This document shows, piece after piece, positions 1 through 13,927 of a DNA stretch of 64,000 nucleotides (positions are counted from its first letter, which is position 1; each line of letters opens with the position of its first letter). The notes beneath the pieces were generated by a model. That model saw nothing but the letters and a program-made list of their open reading frames with translations, was not told the origin of the DNA and did not search any database. Origin of the DNA: Octopus vulgaris (taxonomy: Eukaryota); assembly GCA_951406725.2 (NCBI GenBank), contig OX597832.1, positions 4,402,001-4,466,000 of the forward strand, in the 5' to 3' direction. The translations under genes and the position numbers were made by a program.

Positions 1-704
1 AATTTTCAAGGTGTCACCTATTTTCTGCTAGTGCAAAATTCTCAGGGGACTGGATTGATGCCCTGCCTGTAGCCAACATTGGAGGTCTACTCAGTTTAGA
101 CAAACTCCGCAACTCCATCACACTCAGAGTGAGAGCTGACATCTATAGATGACTGAGATGCTGCTGTGGTAGGCCTCTCAACCCAACAGGTCTTCATAGT
201 CTGTTTAAATGCTGGTCTCTTTGCTCATCACACCAAGCTAAACCTAATCATTAAGCAGGCCCTAGCTCGGATTAATATTCCCTCAGTTCTGAAGCCATTG
301 GGATTATCCAGATGTGATGGAAAGAGACCAGACGGTCTTACCCTCTGTCCCTGGTTTAGAGGTAGGTGCTTTATTTGGGATACCACAGTCTGCGACTCAT
401 TTGCTCCTTCCCACATCCTCGATGCTGCAGTTAATGGGAGGGCCATTGCTTTTGTAGTCAAATGGAAAAAAAAACCCAGAAGTATTGGGACCTGACAGTG
501 AAATGTCTCTTCCATCCTGTGGCGTTTGAGATGTTCAGAGGGACTTGGCCACTTACTGTGAAGTTCTTGTCAACGTTGGCAGCTTGCCTAACTGAGGTGA
601 CAGTTGATGCCCGTGAGGATACTTGGCCTTCCCAATGCCTTAGCCATACCATCACCCATGACAGTGCAGTGAGCATACTGGCTTGCTTCAGTAGGTCCCG
701 TTAA
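1..704 (+). mobile_element. 3' end of a decayed CRE-like non-LTR retrotransposon (restriction-like endonuclease domain), inside a tetraspanin intron
   Basis: Frameshifted translation gives SGDWIDALP...HHTKLNLIIKQALARINIPSVLKPLGLSRCDGKRPDGLTLCPWFRGRCFIWDTT...KYWDL...FHPVAFEMFRGTW, the RPD..D REL pattern typical of CRE-clade elements. Confidence 0.8.
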
Positions 705-1146
705 ACCTTGTGGTGTGCAACCAATTGCTGTGATAAAAAAATTCTCCACAAATGGTTTCAATACAGTTTTAACAGAAAGATTTGGAAGTATTAGATGAAA
801 GTTCTCTGGTAATTTTCTTTCATGTAAATATATGTTTAAGTTAATATAAAAAAAAATCAAATTGTTAATGTTCGTTGAGTTATTGAAGTTGACCTAGTTT
901 AAGTTACTGTAAATTCTTTAACCTCAAGTGTACACTGGCTTTAATTTTTTATTGAAATTCAAAAAAATTAAATATTATTTGCTCACAATCTATTGTTCAT
1001 ATACTATAATATGTTATGGCAAAATGAAACACTTCTTGTAAACTAAAAAAAAAATCATTGAAATTCTCTCTCAAAGATTGTAAAAAGAGCACATTCAAAT
1101 GAAGAATGTTCAAATTAACTTCTACAGTTGCAATATATCAACACAT

Positions 1147-1298
1147 CACTCTGTAAAGTGATTGGCATTAGGAAGGACTTCCAGCCATAGAAATTATGCC
1201 AAGGCTGATAATGGAGCCTGGTGCAGTTCTCTAACATTGCCAGCTCTTGTAGGTTGTCCAACCCATGCCGGCATGGAAGATGTTAAATGATGATAATG
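1147..1298 (+). mobile_element. SINE or LINE 3'-tail fragment (RTE-type tail, GAT-repeat end)
   Basis: TTGGCATTAGGAAGG...GTCCAACCCATGCCGGCATGGAA...GTTAAATGATGATAATG. The same motif recurs near 13030-13145, 17140-17322, 23300-23470, 26900-27070, 39610-39730 and 52445-52598 (+), and 25625-25795, 30550-30650, 40270-40380 and 52045-52255 (-). Confidence 0.7.
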
Positions 1299-1736
1299 TT
1301 TCAAGTGTCAACATCCTGTAGCTACATGTCTAATGATTACATATAGCAAGTAACATTTGAACTAGTGAAGATCATTACTTAGATCATTACTTAGATCCAA
1401 GTTAAATTTATATATTGTAGTTTACTATTGTTTATTATTATTATTATTATTGATACCAAATCTGTCACAAAAAGAGAAAAAATAGAAACTACATGTTTCC
1501 AGAATTACATTAGGGGACAGGAAGATCAATACGAAGATGGAATTTTACCATAATTGAATTAACCCAAATCAAAGTACTAAACCTGTGTGTTTGTGATAGC
1601 CTCTTGTCCAATCCTCTAACCCCATGTCAAAACTAACTGGAGCCATGTATCAATTTTTCAAAATATTTACATCTTGACAATTCTGTTTGTATTAATTATA
1701 ATAATTATGATTTTTTTCCCCCTCCACTTTTAATAG

Positions 1737-1820
1737 GGTTGTTATCGGAAAGTGGTTGATTTCATGAATGGCAATCTTGGATTGATTGGCGGAGTCATTC
1801 TAGGAATATCCTTTTTTCAG
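1737..1820 (+). CDS. Tetraspanin (TSPAN6/7-like), penultimate coding exon: GCYRKVVDFMNGNLGLIGGVILGISFFQ
   Basis: Pyrimidine tract plus TAG acceptor ending 1736 and CAG|GTAAAT donor after 1820. 84 nt, phase 0/0. The GC motif at the end of EC2 followed by TM4 with a polar Q matches the tetraspanin C-terminal pattern. Confidence 0.93.
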
Positions 1821-2762
1821 GTAAATTTTTAAATAAATTTCTTCTAAAAATAATGAGGTAAATTCATAAAATTTTACTCTTATTTTTCAATAAAAAAAAA
1901 GAAGCTATGAAAATTTAGAAAATGAATTAATAGTGAAGATCTATACACAATACTTAGAAGTAATGAACTGTTAGTTTAAAATTAATAGTGACAAACAGCA
2001 AAATGAACGAAGATTGAAACCTCCTAGGAACCTAATAATGTCAGGAAAGCCTGCATATCATGACTTCTAATATCTCCTGTTCTCAAAATATCTGTTAAAA
2101 AGTCATGAAACAATTATAACATTAATATATTTTTGCATTTTAAAACCTATAGTGAATGGAAAATAATAGTATTGTTAGTGAAGATTGTTTTCATGAAAAG
2201 ATTATTCTCATGAATTATTGAATTGAAGCTCTTGTTTATATTTATTCTTTCATATTGTCACTTAGTATTAGCAGATAATTAGTACACGCACTTACACACA
2301 CACACATGTAGATCAAATAAATGCAAACTAGGCTTGTTAGAAAAACACATCTTTACTCAATGCTTCAAAATGTCCAAAACGTCTGTGCAGGCATATAAAC
2401 AAATTTCTCTTTAAAAAAATTTCAAATACAGATTGCAAACAATTCTCTTCAACTCCCTGTGCTCAGATCTTTGACTAAATGAACCAAACATTACTACATG
2501 GTAATTATTGTGTATAGATCATTACTCTGGTCACTTAACCACCTTTTCTCCATAGTTGTAGCATCAGGTAGACAGACCATTTCTACAGTATCCACTCATA
2601 TTCATCCTCAGCTGCAGCAGCAGCCAACAAACTTTTCATTGCATGAATCCCCAACTAATTTCCTTCGTTCAGCTTTTAGGCTTGCACGTACTAAGAAATT
2701 CTGAATAGCAATGAATGAATTATTAAATTCAAGTGAATAAATAAACTCTATTTTATGTGTGT

Positions 2763-2805
<43 letters not shown>

Positions 2806-2808
<3 letters not shown>

Positions 2809-3688
2809 GGCATGGTGAATATATTGTCGTCTAAATTACACAAAAATGAAAATAACTCTAACATCTCATTTTGACAGATATATTTATCAAAATTACATGA
2901 AAATATCTTGAAATACTAAAGAGCAAATTTATTCAATAAAATCGCCATTAGCTTCAACCACGGCCTCTAGATGATTTCGGAATCTCTTGCAATTCTTCTG
3001 GATAGTCTCCTTGTTTAAGATGGTGAATGCTGCTATAATCCTTGCCTTTAGTTCATCTTTGGTGTTACAAGGAGTTTTGTTGGTCTCTCACTCACCTGTG
3101 TCCCACACATAATAATCAAGGGGTTGCAGTGTGGAGAGTTAGGTGACCAAATGTTAGGCGTGGTGTGGTCACAGAAATTGTCTGACAGCCATCACTGGTT
3201 CTCCTACTGGTGTGGCATGGTGCAGAGTCCTGTTGCTAGACATAGGGTCTTCCAGCAGCCACCCTCTTGACCCAGGGTAGCACTATCTCCAGGCACTTGA
3301 TGTAGGCCTCTGTATTGATTCTGAGGCCATGTGGGAAGATGAATGGAGGCATAACATTGCCATCACTAGTGATCACTCCAAATGCCATGATTTTGACTGG
3401 ATGTTTAATTTCTATCACTCTTGGTCCATGTTTTAGAGACATGGCAAGCCAACAGTTGTTCTGTATATTCACCATCTCTTCATATTGGAGCTTCCAGCAT
3501 GAATGCCAAGCAGTACAGCATGTCATTTCCAAATATCTGGCAGAGTGAATTGCATCATGGTGGTGTTTTTCTCACAGACAGTGCCCAACTGACCCTACTA
3601 TATTGTGTGGTTGACAAACTCAAAACAAACACTGTGCATGCAAGAAATTCAAAATATAAAATGGCAACAATTTACCCATCGCACCCTG
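2806..3688 (-). mobile_element. Internally deleted Tc1/mariner-superfamily transposon, DD37D (maT) type
   Basis: TA-flanked imperfect TIRs CAGGGCATGGTGAATATATTGTCG / CAGGGTGCGATGGGTAAATTGTTG. Transposase remnant KHPVKIMAFGVITSDGNVMPPFIFPHGLR...QQDSAPCH...WSPNSPHCNP(L)DYYVW with about 37 residues between the second and third D after frameshift repair. Confidence 0.9.
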
Positions 3689-4649
3689 TATATCTATATA
3701 TATATATATATATATTATTTTTATCTCCTGTTTGTATGAATATATGTATGAATATATAGATATTCAAAACTAAAATGGAATAAGAATGGCAATAGCCAAG
3801 ACAAAGAAAAGTATACTAAGTTCCATACGAGATAACTGTTTGATTTACTGAAACAATCTTTGCTGCTTTGAGAAAAGGTAAAGGGAAATCTTGTGAATGA
3901 AATGAGAAGATAATCTGAAGGAATCAAAAATTCTCCTGAATGAACTTCCTACTGGAAATAAAAACAGTCTTTCTGTCTCTGTTTTCTGGAGACAAAATAT
4001 CTGTGAAAATGTGTTTCTGGATCTATACCTGCCATCAGCACAGCATTGTCCTGCCTACTTTGACTTTAGACATATATAAAATATGCATCTCTTTTCTCCC
4101 CTAGTTGCACACTCTGATGATATTTTCAATACTTTTCTAAGAAAGTTATTTCTTGTTGATACATTAAATTACTATTTTGTTCCATCTACTTGCAATGTCA
4201 ACAACTGTATGGCTAAACAAGTAACTGTCTTTAGTTTAATATTGGTTGATATGATGGGTAATCACTGAAACATCTAGATGTCCCATAAAATGACTTGTGA
4301 TATATACTCCATATTTTCTATGTGTAATAGAGTTGATGTCCATTATTTCACTGTCCAAACTGCAGGTCCCCTCAAGTGTCCGGTCTAGTCTCTCAACAGT
4401 TGTTACTGACATTGGTACTATAAAAATCTTACAGGATATTGTTTAATTTGCCTGTGTACAGATTATTACAATGAAAAATCCTAATTGTATACAGGACCAA
4501 CTCTTAGCATGTTATTATTGCACAGAGCAGTGTGGTTAAGAACATGTTGGTCTTGTGTTGGAGCCCATTAACCCCTCATCAGATCACATCACCAGCTCCC
4601 TTCCTTTCAGGTGTAGATAGCAAACATCAACAACCCATCCATCTCTATA

Positions 4650-6760
4650 CACACTCCTTTTTGTCAGGTATAAAACTTCAATGGTGATGCGGTGAAAGGT
4701 GAGTCTGAACAGATTGTAGATAGAGATGCTAGAGTAGAACCAAATTGATGTATGGTGGGAAGAATTAAAATGCACAGTGTAACTTTGGTGAGGTTCCTCA
4801 CAGGCAAATAGTAACAGGTTGAATAGGTATATTGTTATCAAAGAAATTAATAAAGTAATTAAGGCAAATTTTGAGAAAAATAAGCTCAGACTACTCATAG
4901 ACAACATGACAACAGTTACATCTGCAAATGTAGCATGATCAGGTCTGCCAGATGGACAAAAGGACCATTTCTGTGAGTCCTTGACACAGACTACATAAAT
5001 AATGATAGTGACTGCATTATCATGATCAGTGGCTTTAATGAACATGTTGAGCAACACTGTAATTGCTGCGCTTGCATATGGCTGTGATATGAGAAATGAG
5101 ACATAATCAGTCAACCACCTGGACACCTACTTAGATGAATATGTGAACCAGGCAGACTTTATACTGTCTCGGAAATGGAATAGGCAATTGATTGTGAATA
5201 ATAAGTGAATAATCGGTGAAGATTGTGCCATTTAAAATAGACTAGTGATTAGTGACAGAAGAGTAAGAGCTAGATGGTTGCAGAGACATAAGTCAATCTG
5301 GAGATGGAAATTATTGAAGCTAAAAGAACACTTGAATGAATAGGGATCAAAGAAATACATGTTGACTCATATGACAAGGCAGAGGTGGAAATAGACTTAT
5401 AACACTGGAAGTTTCAACAAGATAATCAGCTGTGTGTCACAAGCTGGAACTTAGGACAGAGTGAGATTACAGTCAAACAGAAAGTAACAATGTGTTGGAA
5501 TATTTTGTAGATGGTCATAAAAGCTAAAATTTTCTCGTGTCTGAGAAAATTGAAAGAAATTAGTGAACAAAGACTATACAAGAGAGCAAAAAGAGAAACT
5601 AAATGGATTAACATGTCTTCAGACAAGATCAAAAAAGCAGTTGTATGGTGGCGCTAAAGTGACAGCCTGAGTGGATAAGAGCAGCAGGGTGCCCTAAAAC
5701 TACATGGCAAAAGACCATTGACAAGGAAAGGAGATGAAAAGGGTGAACAAGCTGGAATGAGACTAGAATAGCAGCAGAGAATGGAGCTGGTTGAAGAGAT
5801 TGTATTGCAACCTTATGTGCCTTGTGGCATAGAGAGAACTAACTAAAAGAGAAGTTACATTCAGATATATGTGGCAAAATGAGAAGCTAAATGTTTGCCA
5901 ATGTAGTGATTGAAGATTATCAAAAGTTTAAGGTGTTCTAGTTAGCAAAGCAGTGTCTCAGTGTGAACCAATATCAAGTAAAATGTGTGGAAATGATAGT
6001 GGTACACCTGTCCTCCCTGATTGTGAGAAGAACCACGAAAATATTACTTTGAGAGCTTCTTGAATGAGGTCAATTCATAGAGAGAGTGGGTAGGTATCTA
6101 CACCACATAGACCCAACAGGGCAGAATTAACGATGTGAAGGCAGGGAAAGTAAGAATGTTCATTGAAATGCTGAACATATTTGGCAAAGTAGGTCATGCA
6201 CTTGTCACTTGTTAATCAAGTCACTTAGGGAGGTTCTATACCCAATGACTGATGTATTAGTATCAACAATTATCAAGACAAAAGAGATATTCTAAATTAA
6301 AACAACTACAGAGATGTTATTGATGGTCCAAGATATGAGAGTAACAAAGGATTATGACAGATTCAGAAGAAAAATAACTCACATGTCTTCATAGTAAGAC
6401 AAGTTCTTCAAGTGCAGGTCCAGTTCTTTACTGAGAATAAACCATTACAGCCAGCTTTTCTTGACTCGAAGGAAGCCTTTGACAGAGTAGTCTAGTAGTC
6501 TTTAAGATCACATGGTATCAATGAATGGTTTGTGAGAGACATGGAAATCATGCACAGAGATATCATCATCAAGTTGTGAGTTAAGTAATGTGTAGAAGGA
6601 GAGTTGGCTAAAGAAGTACCAAATATTCAAAATGAAAGGAACCTGGATAAGAGGAAGACCTAGGAGGAATTGATGGAAGCTGATTTCAGGCTGATGGACC
6701 TCACAAAGGTTGCAAGACCCATCCAACTCAGGCAAGCATGGAAAAGCGGGTGTAAAAGGA
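4650..6760 (+). mobile_element. Heavily decayed RTE-clade LINE (APE and RT remnants), intronic
   Basis: Remnants resembling SAYAPQSGLPDGQKDHF (about 4920-4980), PND..S..N.Y..K.D.....NYR (about 6240-6315) and AFLD.KEAFDRV (about 6452-6490). Confidence 0.75.
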
Positions 6761-6854
6761 TTACGATAATGTATGTGTGTGTATATATCTGTGTGTGTGT
6801 GTTTATTTATATGTCCACTGAATTCATGTTTTCCTATATTTCTTTCTATTGCAG

Positions 6855-6926
6855 CTCCTGGGAGCTATCCTTGCATGCTGTTTGGCCAAAAGCATTAATA
6901 AGGCCAAATATGAACAAGTAGCATGA
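6855..6926 (+). CDS. Tetraspanin (TSPAN6/7-like), last coding exon: LLGAILACCLAKSINKAKYEQVA*
   Basis: TTTCTTTCTATTGCAG acceptor, in frame with exon 1737-1820. Juxtamembrane ACC (palmitoylation-type cysteines) and C-terminal YxxPhi motif YEQV. Stop TGA at 6924-6926. Confidence 0.93.
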   Translation, partial: LLGAILACCLAKSINKAKYEQVA

Positions 6927-7264
6927 AGAATTAAGTTGTTATTGCTGAAAGTTGAATAAAATGTAAGCCACTGTAAGCTTCATTTATTTAGATGGCTCTT
7001 GGAATAACTCACACCTTTCCTAGACTGCTTCTGTATAAGCTACCTGCTCAACCTTCTAAACCAAACCAAAGTGAAGATCCTGTTGAAATCTTTCCTATTT
7101 TTCAGTCTTGTGTTTCCCTTTGTAAATTTAGCTTTATCTATTACAGCATATTTAATTTTACATTAACTTTCTCATGATAACTATTACTAACTTATATTGC
7201 TGCTTTATTAATGCACTGCTACTGCACACTACTTCCACTTACCCACATATATATATATATCTAT

Positions 7265-7310
<46 letters not shown>

Positions 7311-9101
7311 AACATACTTAATATGGCTTAGAAATCTTTTACTTACATTTACATTTGTGGACTTCTAACCTTACATTATTGATAATACTTTTGACTTTGC
7401 TGTCATCACTTTACTCATTAATTCAATTTTACTAATTATATTGTAGTTGAAGGGTCTGTTTTCTGTACTACTCCTTTTTTTTCATCTTCTTACACTTCTG
7501 GTTCTATGCTTAAGTCAATTTGAAGTGAATGTTATAAGTGATATTGATTAACACTAGATTTATTCATATTAATTTATTATCAAAACATTCGTATGCATAC
7601 AAACAATCATATAATTTATTTATTTACTTTGCACATACAATAAATTTGTGATTTAGCTAAATTTTAAGCATACACATCAAGGTTGAATTCATAGCAGTCT
7701 TTTGAAGCCTCATGAATATGCTGAGAATGGCATTAAAGAATTCACCAGAAACTGCAGAAATATCACATTGAATATGGTCCCTTCATTATTATGAGTTAAC
7801 TACTTTTTAGATTGTAAAACATGTGTCTAAGGACAAAACAATCTTCAAACAACTTTATTTAAATAAAATTTTCAAAGGCTGATATTTTCATAATCTACCA
7901 AGAAAATTTACGACTACCCAATGACATCTACCAACAGTTATTACATGGTAAACCTATTACTTACTATATGTCATCTAACTGGAATTATTTCCTCTGATAT
8001 ATTTCTTCTTACATCTACAAAGTCTTCAACTGCTTCTTACTGCAATTAATTTACAACTATTGTAAGTATTCAACAAAGACAGTTTACTAATCAAACATAT
8101 AGTTAATAATGGCAACATGTTCTTCTAATTTCACTATCCTAATTAATACATATTTGTATAGGTTCCATCACATTGGATTCACAAATAATGAATTTCACAA
8201 CAAATTAAGCATTCTGTAGTTCTCTATAAAAGTAGAACGCTATAAAAGATAACCTAGAATATATTAAAACTTTAGTTACATCCTCTCACATTAGTATTTT
8301 TTTACCTATATACATTCTTCATCTATCATGACCAGAATTTATTAGAATCTCAATTTTCTATAATCTTTCTATAGCACTATTGCTTCATCTAAATATTCTA
8401 TTTTGTTGGCATATCTACTTACAAATATTGGCATTCCTAAATATTTACATATATATTTAGTGTTTAGCAAATGCTGTTCTTTCTTTGCATTGCAAGAGTC
8501 TACATTTTTGATTACCAATACTTACGACCATTTAGGAATAAATGATTTGCTATTTAATTACTTATAATAATTTTAATCATGATAATAGGTAAAATAGAAC
8601 CTTGTCCCACATTGTAGACTACTTCAGTGGCTAGAAATTTATTAGTAATTAGCACATGAAAGTTTTAAAAAATATTAAATAATTTGAGACAGAAAACACA
8701 ACCCCAAATCAACCTCTGCATCTATTCTCTCTGCATTTAAAAAATTTTTCTCTGACACATGATTCCTCTAATGAATATCACATTGTTTTCTTCTTTATTT
8801 ATAGTTGTGTTGTGTATAGATATATATATATATATGTTACTGATGTCCAAATGTCAATGGTCTTTCTCCATATAAACACTCATTTCAGAATCTCTCTCTC
8901 TCTCATCTTTGTTGCTCATATTTACATTTAATCTTTACTTTCATTAATCTTTTCAGTTAAATCATGCATATAAAAATATATATTCATGCATGTGAGTGTG
9001 TGTATATATATATATATAAATATTAACAGATAATGAAACCTTAAGAATAAGGACACTAACGTAATCTATATCAGAAAGATTCACATATGGACATTAATAA
9101 T

Positions 9102-9138
<37 letters not shown>

Positions 9139-10600
9139 TTTGTATACATATGTGTATATATACATGTGTGTGTGTATATATAGTAATGATGATATTGAGG
9201 AAGAAAAGATGATAATGTGATATTCCTTACATAGAAACCATGTGTCAGAGAAAAAGAGAGATAGAAAGGCAGTCTCTCTTAAATTTTGTCTAAGATTGAA
9301 TAACATTATATATTTGGTAAATGTGGAAAAAAAAACAAAAAAGGGTTTCCCACCTGTAACAGATATAATGTTGCAGAGTTCCTTTGATCAATAGTCATAT
9401 ACTGCTGCCTCAGAGAGGAAAGCTCTACATCTTGCATATTTAAGGATTTCACTAGTGAATGATTTCACCTGTGACCTGCTCATCTTTATTGTTATTTAAT
9501 TATATAAATAAATAAATATTATTCTGGCTGAAAAATATATTTTTTAAATATGATAATATAGCTAATACATGTTTATTTACTTTAACATCACAACTGTGAT
9601 ACTATCCAAAAGCAAATCCATTTGACTTTCATTGCTTTCAAAATCTCTATAAAAAAGAACAATGTTCAATATAAATAAGTTTCAAAATCTTCTACATCTG
9701 GGTTTAATTATTTTGATTATTTTGAGTTTTGATGGTGAATCATTTTGAATATTTATAATTTTATTTTCTAGTAAGGGGTATTGGCACATATTAGCATTAT
9801 GGGATATAATAGATAGTTTTTTTTGGGGTATTTTTTTTTGCCATTATTTTAAACACTTTTCAAAGATATTCTTCATTTAATCTGAAAGCAGTTAACAGTT
9901 GAACTAGTAATTTATTAACCTGAAATATTAACAACCCACATCAACTAAACTCCTTTTACTATCAATGAATCAATCTACTTAGAGACATTATAATCTAACC
10001 CACAAATGAATCGACTCTACACTACTTTCAAGTGAATTAATAATTGATAATATCAGTCTAACTGCTATTTCTATACACCATATACAAAGACAATAGTTTC
10101 ACATGTAATAAATATTACATTTAAAAAAAGAGTAATGTTGATGTAATTTGGCGACTAATTTTCTCTCACTTTATCTTTATACAATTTTCTGTCAGATTGG
10201 CAAAAAAATTTCTGTTTAATGAGTTGGAGTAAGTTGTTAAATTATGGAATATATTCCTTCTAGAATGTTCGATACCTATTATATTTTTCAATGAACTGAA
10301 ATTATAAATACCAGCCAATAAATCATAAATTATTATTGGAGCTTTGGATGGAGGTATGGTTAAACTGTTTCTCATAAGACAGCTAGTTGTCATTTTACTT
10401 TCGTCTTTCCTTTCTCAGGCCTTATGTCTATAGCAGAAAGGGTTTTATTTTCCTTTCTAGAAAATCACATTAAAAGAGCCTGTTACAAAGTGCCATATAA
10501 ATTAGAGATTTTTTTTTTTTTTTTTGGTAGGATAAAGGTCACCATCCCAATATTGGTATGATTTCATTTGTGAAAATAAAATGTATATTAAAATACCTGA
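6927..10600 (+). other. Putative long 3'UTR of the tetraspanin gene
   Basis: T-rich and free of recognisable SINEs for about 3.7 kb. Several AATAAA (e.g. 6955, 9507 region, 10575), the last followed by a T/GT-rich tract. The end point is inferred. Confidence 0.5.
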
Positions 10601-10879
10601 GTCTCTTGTTTTTATTTGTATTACAGTGTTTTAGAGTTCACTTTTGAAGAATAAATTCCACACATTTAAGGAGCCAAAAGATAAATTTGAACCTTGGTTT
10701 CTCTTTTACCCTCTCCACTGGTAACATAAGTTTTCAGAAACTAATTGAAATAATTCTGCTTGAGCAAATAATGTAGAATTTTAGTCTTTGTTACTGCTTA
10801 ATTCCTGACATTATACTATTGAAAATGTAATTAAACAATTTATATTGTTGTCCCTATAATGTTTCCCTACCTTACTAAT

Positions 10880-11520
10880 TTTAATTAATACCTCTAATAA
10901 TTATTCAAACACCTACTTGAATTACTAATGTGCGGTAATTCAGCTTAAAATATTCTTGGAAATTTTTGGATAACAGTTCTTATATACAAGATATTTTTTA
11001 TAATTTCTGTCAAAGTTCCATTGCAGTATTTGTATAACTTTATCCATTGAAAAGGTTGCAAGACGCAACGAAAATTTTAGGAAAATAAGAAATAAGTGGA
11101 AATTTCACCGGTGAGTGTGTTACATTATAAGACACAAAAAGAAAATGACTCTCCCCAGACACAACAGAATTTATCCATAAAGGTACCAAGACATTCTTTG
11201 TTCTAAAACAGTTTCCCTAATTTTAAAGTTCTTTTTTCCCTACCTTGAATCATTTAAAACGATCCGAAATTTTATTAGTCAAATCTCGAGAGGAAATTCA
11301 TAATTACTATAACAAGGGAAGTAATTCGATGTTACCTTAATTCTTGGCGAGATAAGCTCTAATTTTTAATCTGAAATAGACTTTTGATCTATGTATTATG
11401 TATTTCCTGAGCGCCATACTAATACAATTGTTTGTTTGTATTCCACCTGCCTTCGTTTTTTGTTTATTTCCGTAATCCTGCCTTCGTCTTTTGTCTATTT
11501 TCATAAAGCTTCCCGTTATA
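10880..11520 (+). mobile_element. Probable Penelope-like element 3' remnant
   Basis: Degenerate WK.LD and C....KF motifs as at the end of PLE GIY-YIG domains. The terminal segment CCTGAGCG..ATACTAATACA..TGTTTGTTT.....CCACCTG.CTTCGT recurs at 25041-25120. Confidence 0.4.
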
Positions 11521-11829
11521 TATATATATAGATATATACAACAAAAGAGAAATAACACAGTCTCCCAAAATTAAGGAAATATTTGGGGCAAGTATTACAT
11601 TGAATACAAGATGTTGGAACATTTGCTGTTGCAGGCTTTTTTTATATGAAACAATTTTTTAAATATTCAACCTGGAGGATTTTAATGTTTATTTTGAGGT
11701 CAGGAAGTGGCAGTTGAAATCGAACATTTGTAATCATCTGAAGATATAGTAAACAAAATGAAGGCAGCATGAAGTAATAGCAGCTATTTGTTGAGGGGGT
11801 TCATAAATATTCAAAATGTTATTGAGCAT

Positions 11830-12096
11830 CATCATAAAAACTGGCACTCCGTTGGTTTATGACAATGGGTGGTCAGTTGATTCAGTCAACAGAACAACCA
11901 GCTCATGAAGTTAACATGCAAGAGGCTGAGCCCTTCACAGACACATGTACCCTTAACATAGTTCTCAGGGAGAATGTGACAAGGCTGGCCCTTTGAAATA
12001 CTAGTACATCTCATTTTGGCCAGCTGCCAGGTATTGAACTCATGACCTCATGATCGTGAGCCAAACACCCTAACCACTAAGCCATGTACCTTCACA
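11830..12096 (-). mobile_element. tRNA-derived SINE (third family)
   Basis: Minus strand begins GTGAAGGTACATGGCTTAGTGGTTAGGG (A box) and later GAGTTCAATACC (B box), followed by a non-tRNA body. Confidence 0.7.
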
Positions 12097-12299
12097 GCAC
12101 CATCATAAACGAAAAGATAGTATGACTGGTGGATTAAGGATGCTTAAGGCTATCACATTATTAGTAGAGGTATGTAGCTCTCAACTATGACTTGAACTCA
12201 TTTGTAACAATATTTCTAACAAGAATACATTCCACCTTCAGGTTTTCATTTTCAAAATGACTAAGAATTATGAGATGTTTTGTGACAAGAGAGATTCAT

Positions 12300-12920
12300 T
12301 CAATCTGTGCAAAAGTGTTTGCTAAACAAGTTGAAATACCAACAGGCTGGAATGCTTTGATTTTTCTCTGATGAGAAAAACATCGATCACACCAAGGAAC
12401 AACAAATAAATGGTTGAGAGACCCAAATGAGGTTCCAACAATCAAGCCTACAAAGTTCCCAGCAAATATGACAGTTCTGGGAGTCATTAGCAACAAGGGA
12501 GATGTCATGCACCCTCATTTGTTTTCACAGGGCTTAAGGGTTAATGCTACTATCTATACGGAGGTGTTGGAGAAAGTTGTGAGGCTCTGGATAGACAGCA
12601 TATGGAACAAAAGATTGTAAGTTTTCCAACAAGACTTTATGCCATTTCATAAGGTTAGAATAACCCAAATGTGGATGCATGCCATCTCTGTGATCATGTT
12701 CTCCCAGACCTCACCAAACCTCAATTCATTGGACTATTATGTATGGGGCATAGTCAAAAGTGAGGCCAGCCAACACCACCATAGCACCATACAATCTCTC
12801 AAGTCTGCCATAACTAGTTCTTTGTCCAAGATTGATAAAGATCTGATTCAGGGGAGTCAACACTTCGAACCCCAACTTGAAACAGCCATTGACGCTAATG
12901 GTAGCTTCATTGAATAGGTG
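12300..12920 (+). mobile_element. DD37D (maT)-type transposase pseudogene fragment
   Basis: FFSDEK (about 12360), TKFPANMTVLGVISNKGDVMHPHLFSQGLRVNA, FQQD, SPNLNSLDYYVWG and ANGSFIE, with stops and frameshifts. Confidence 0.85.
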
Positions 12921-13927
12921 TGATAAAAAAAGACTCTCGATAATTGATATCAATTTGTTTTCAAATAGAGTTTTTCTTTAATGAGTTTTGAGTCTTTTTC
13001 TACATTCATATAAATGTCCTCACACTGATGGAAACAGGTGAGGGTTGGTGACAAAAAGGGCATCTGACTGTAGAATATCCACCTCAACAAATTCCATCTG
13101 ACCCATGCAAGCATAGAAAAGTGGATGTTAAATGATGATGATGAAAAAACCAAATATGTAACCTAATTTCATTTTTTAGCCATGACCATTTCTCTTCATT
13201 ATTCGCTTTAGAATTGACATCCTCCTGTAAAATGTGTGTTTGGTGGAAATAAACTCTTATTTGAAAGGCTCTAATGGAAGCACCTAAACAGATGATTGGA
13301 TTTTTTTTTTTTTTTTTTTCATAAGCCAGATTTAATTAGTTAGTTGACTGAATTGATCCAGTTCACTGAATTGATCTTTGTATGCTGCCACAGTTTTTTA
13401 ATCTACTTAAAATTTGGTCAATGAATGACAAAGCTGCCTAGCAGATTTTATACTCTGACACATGAAGTGCTGAACATGATGCAATAAATTATGAGACTTA
13501 CCATCTTGATACTAAGAAACAATATTTTGGAAGTTAGAATTAATAAAGTATATGCTTTTAGGTACAAAAACAAATAGATAATTTTAATTAAAATGATGCT
13601 TGGCAGAACTGTTCTGCCAAGTGGTGAAAATTGTACCATGACAGTCAGCCACAGTGCAGTCATTTTCTTTTTTAACCTGAGAAATAGCACAACCTGGGGG
13701 CATTATGAGCTCTCAAAAGAGTACTATGAGGGGTATTTTGCATGTCTAAAGAGGTTGTGACTTTTGTCAGAAATGAAATATTTATCCCTTGTCCAAATAT
13801 TTAAAACACATTTTCTAAAAACTTCCTTTATCAGGATTTGAACAGTGATCAGAAATACAACTGCTAATACTCATAATTTGTTTCTTTTAGTAAATATAAC
13901 AAAGTTATTCCCAATTTGTCTGACATT

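Noticed and set aside
4535-4582. CTGATGA-GGG..CTC-CAAC on the minus strand as a hammerhead
   Set aside because: GAAA is absent and there is no convincing stem I.
4584-5126. 180-aa hydrophobic minus-strand ORF
   Set aside because: Antisense to the decayed RTE endonuclease region and no recognisable family.
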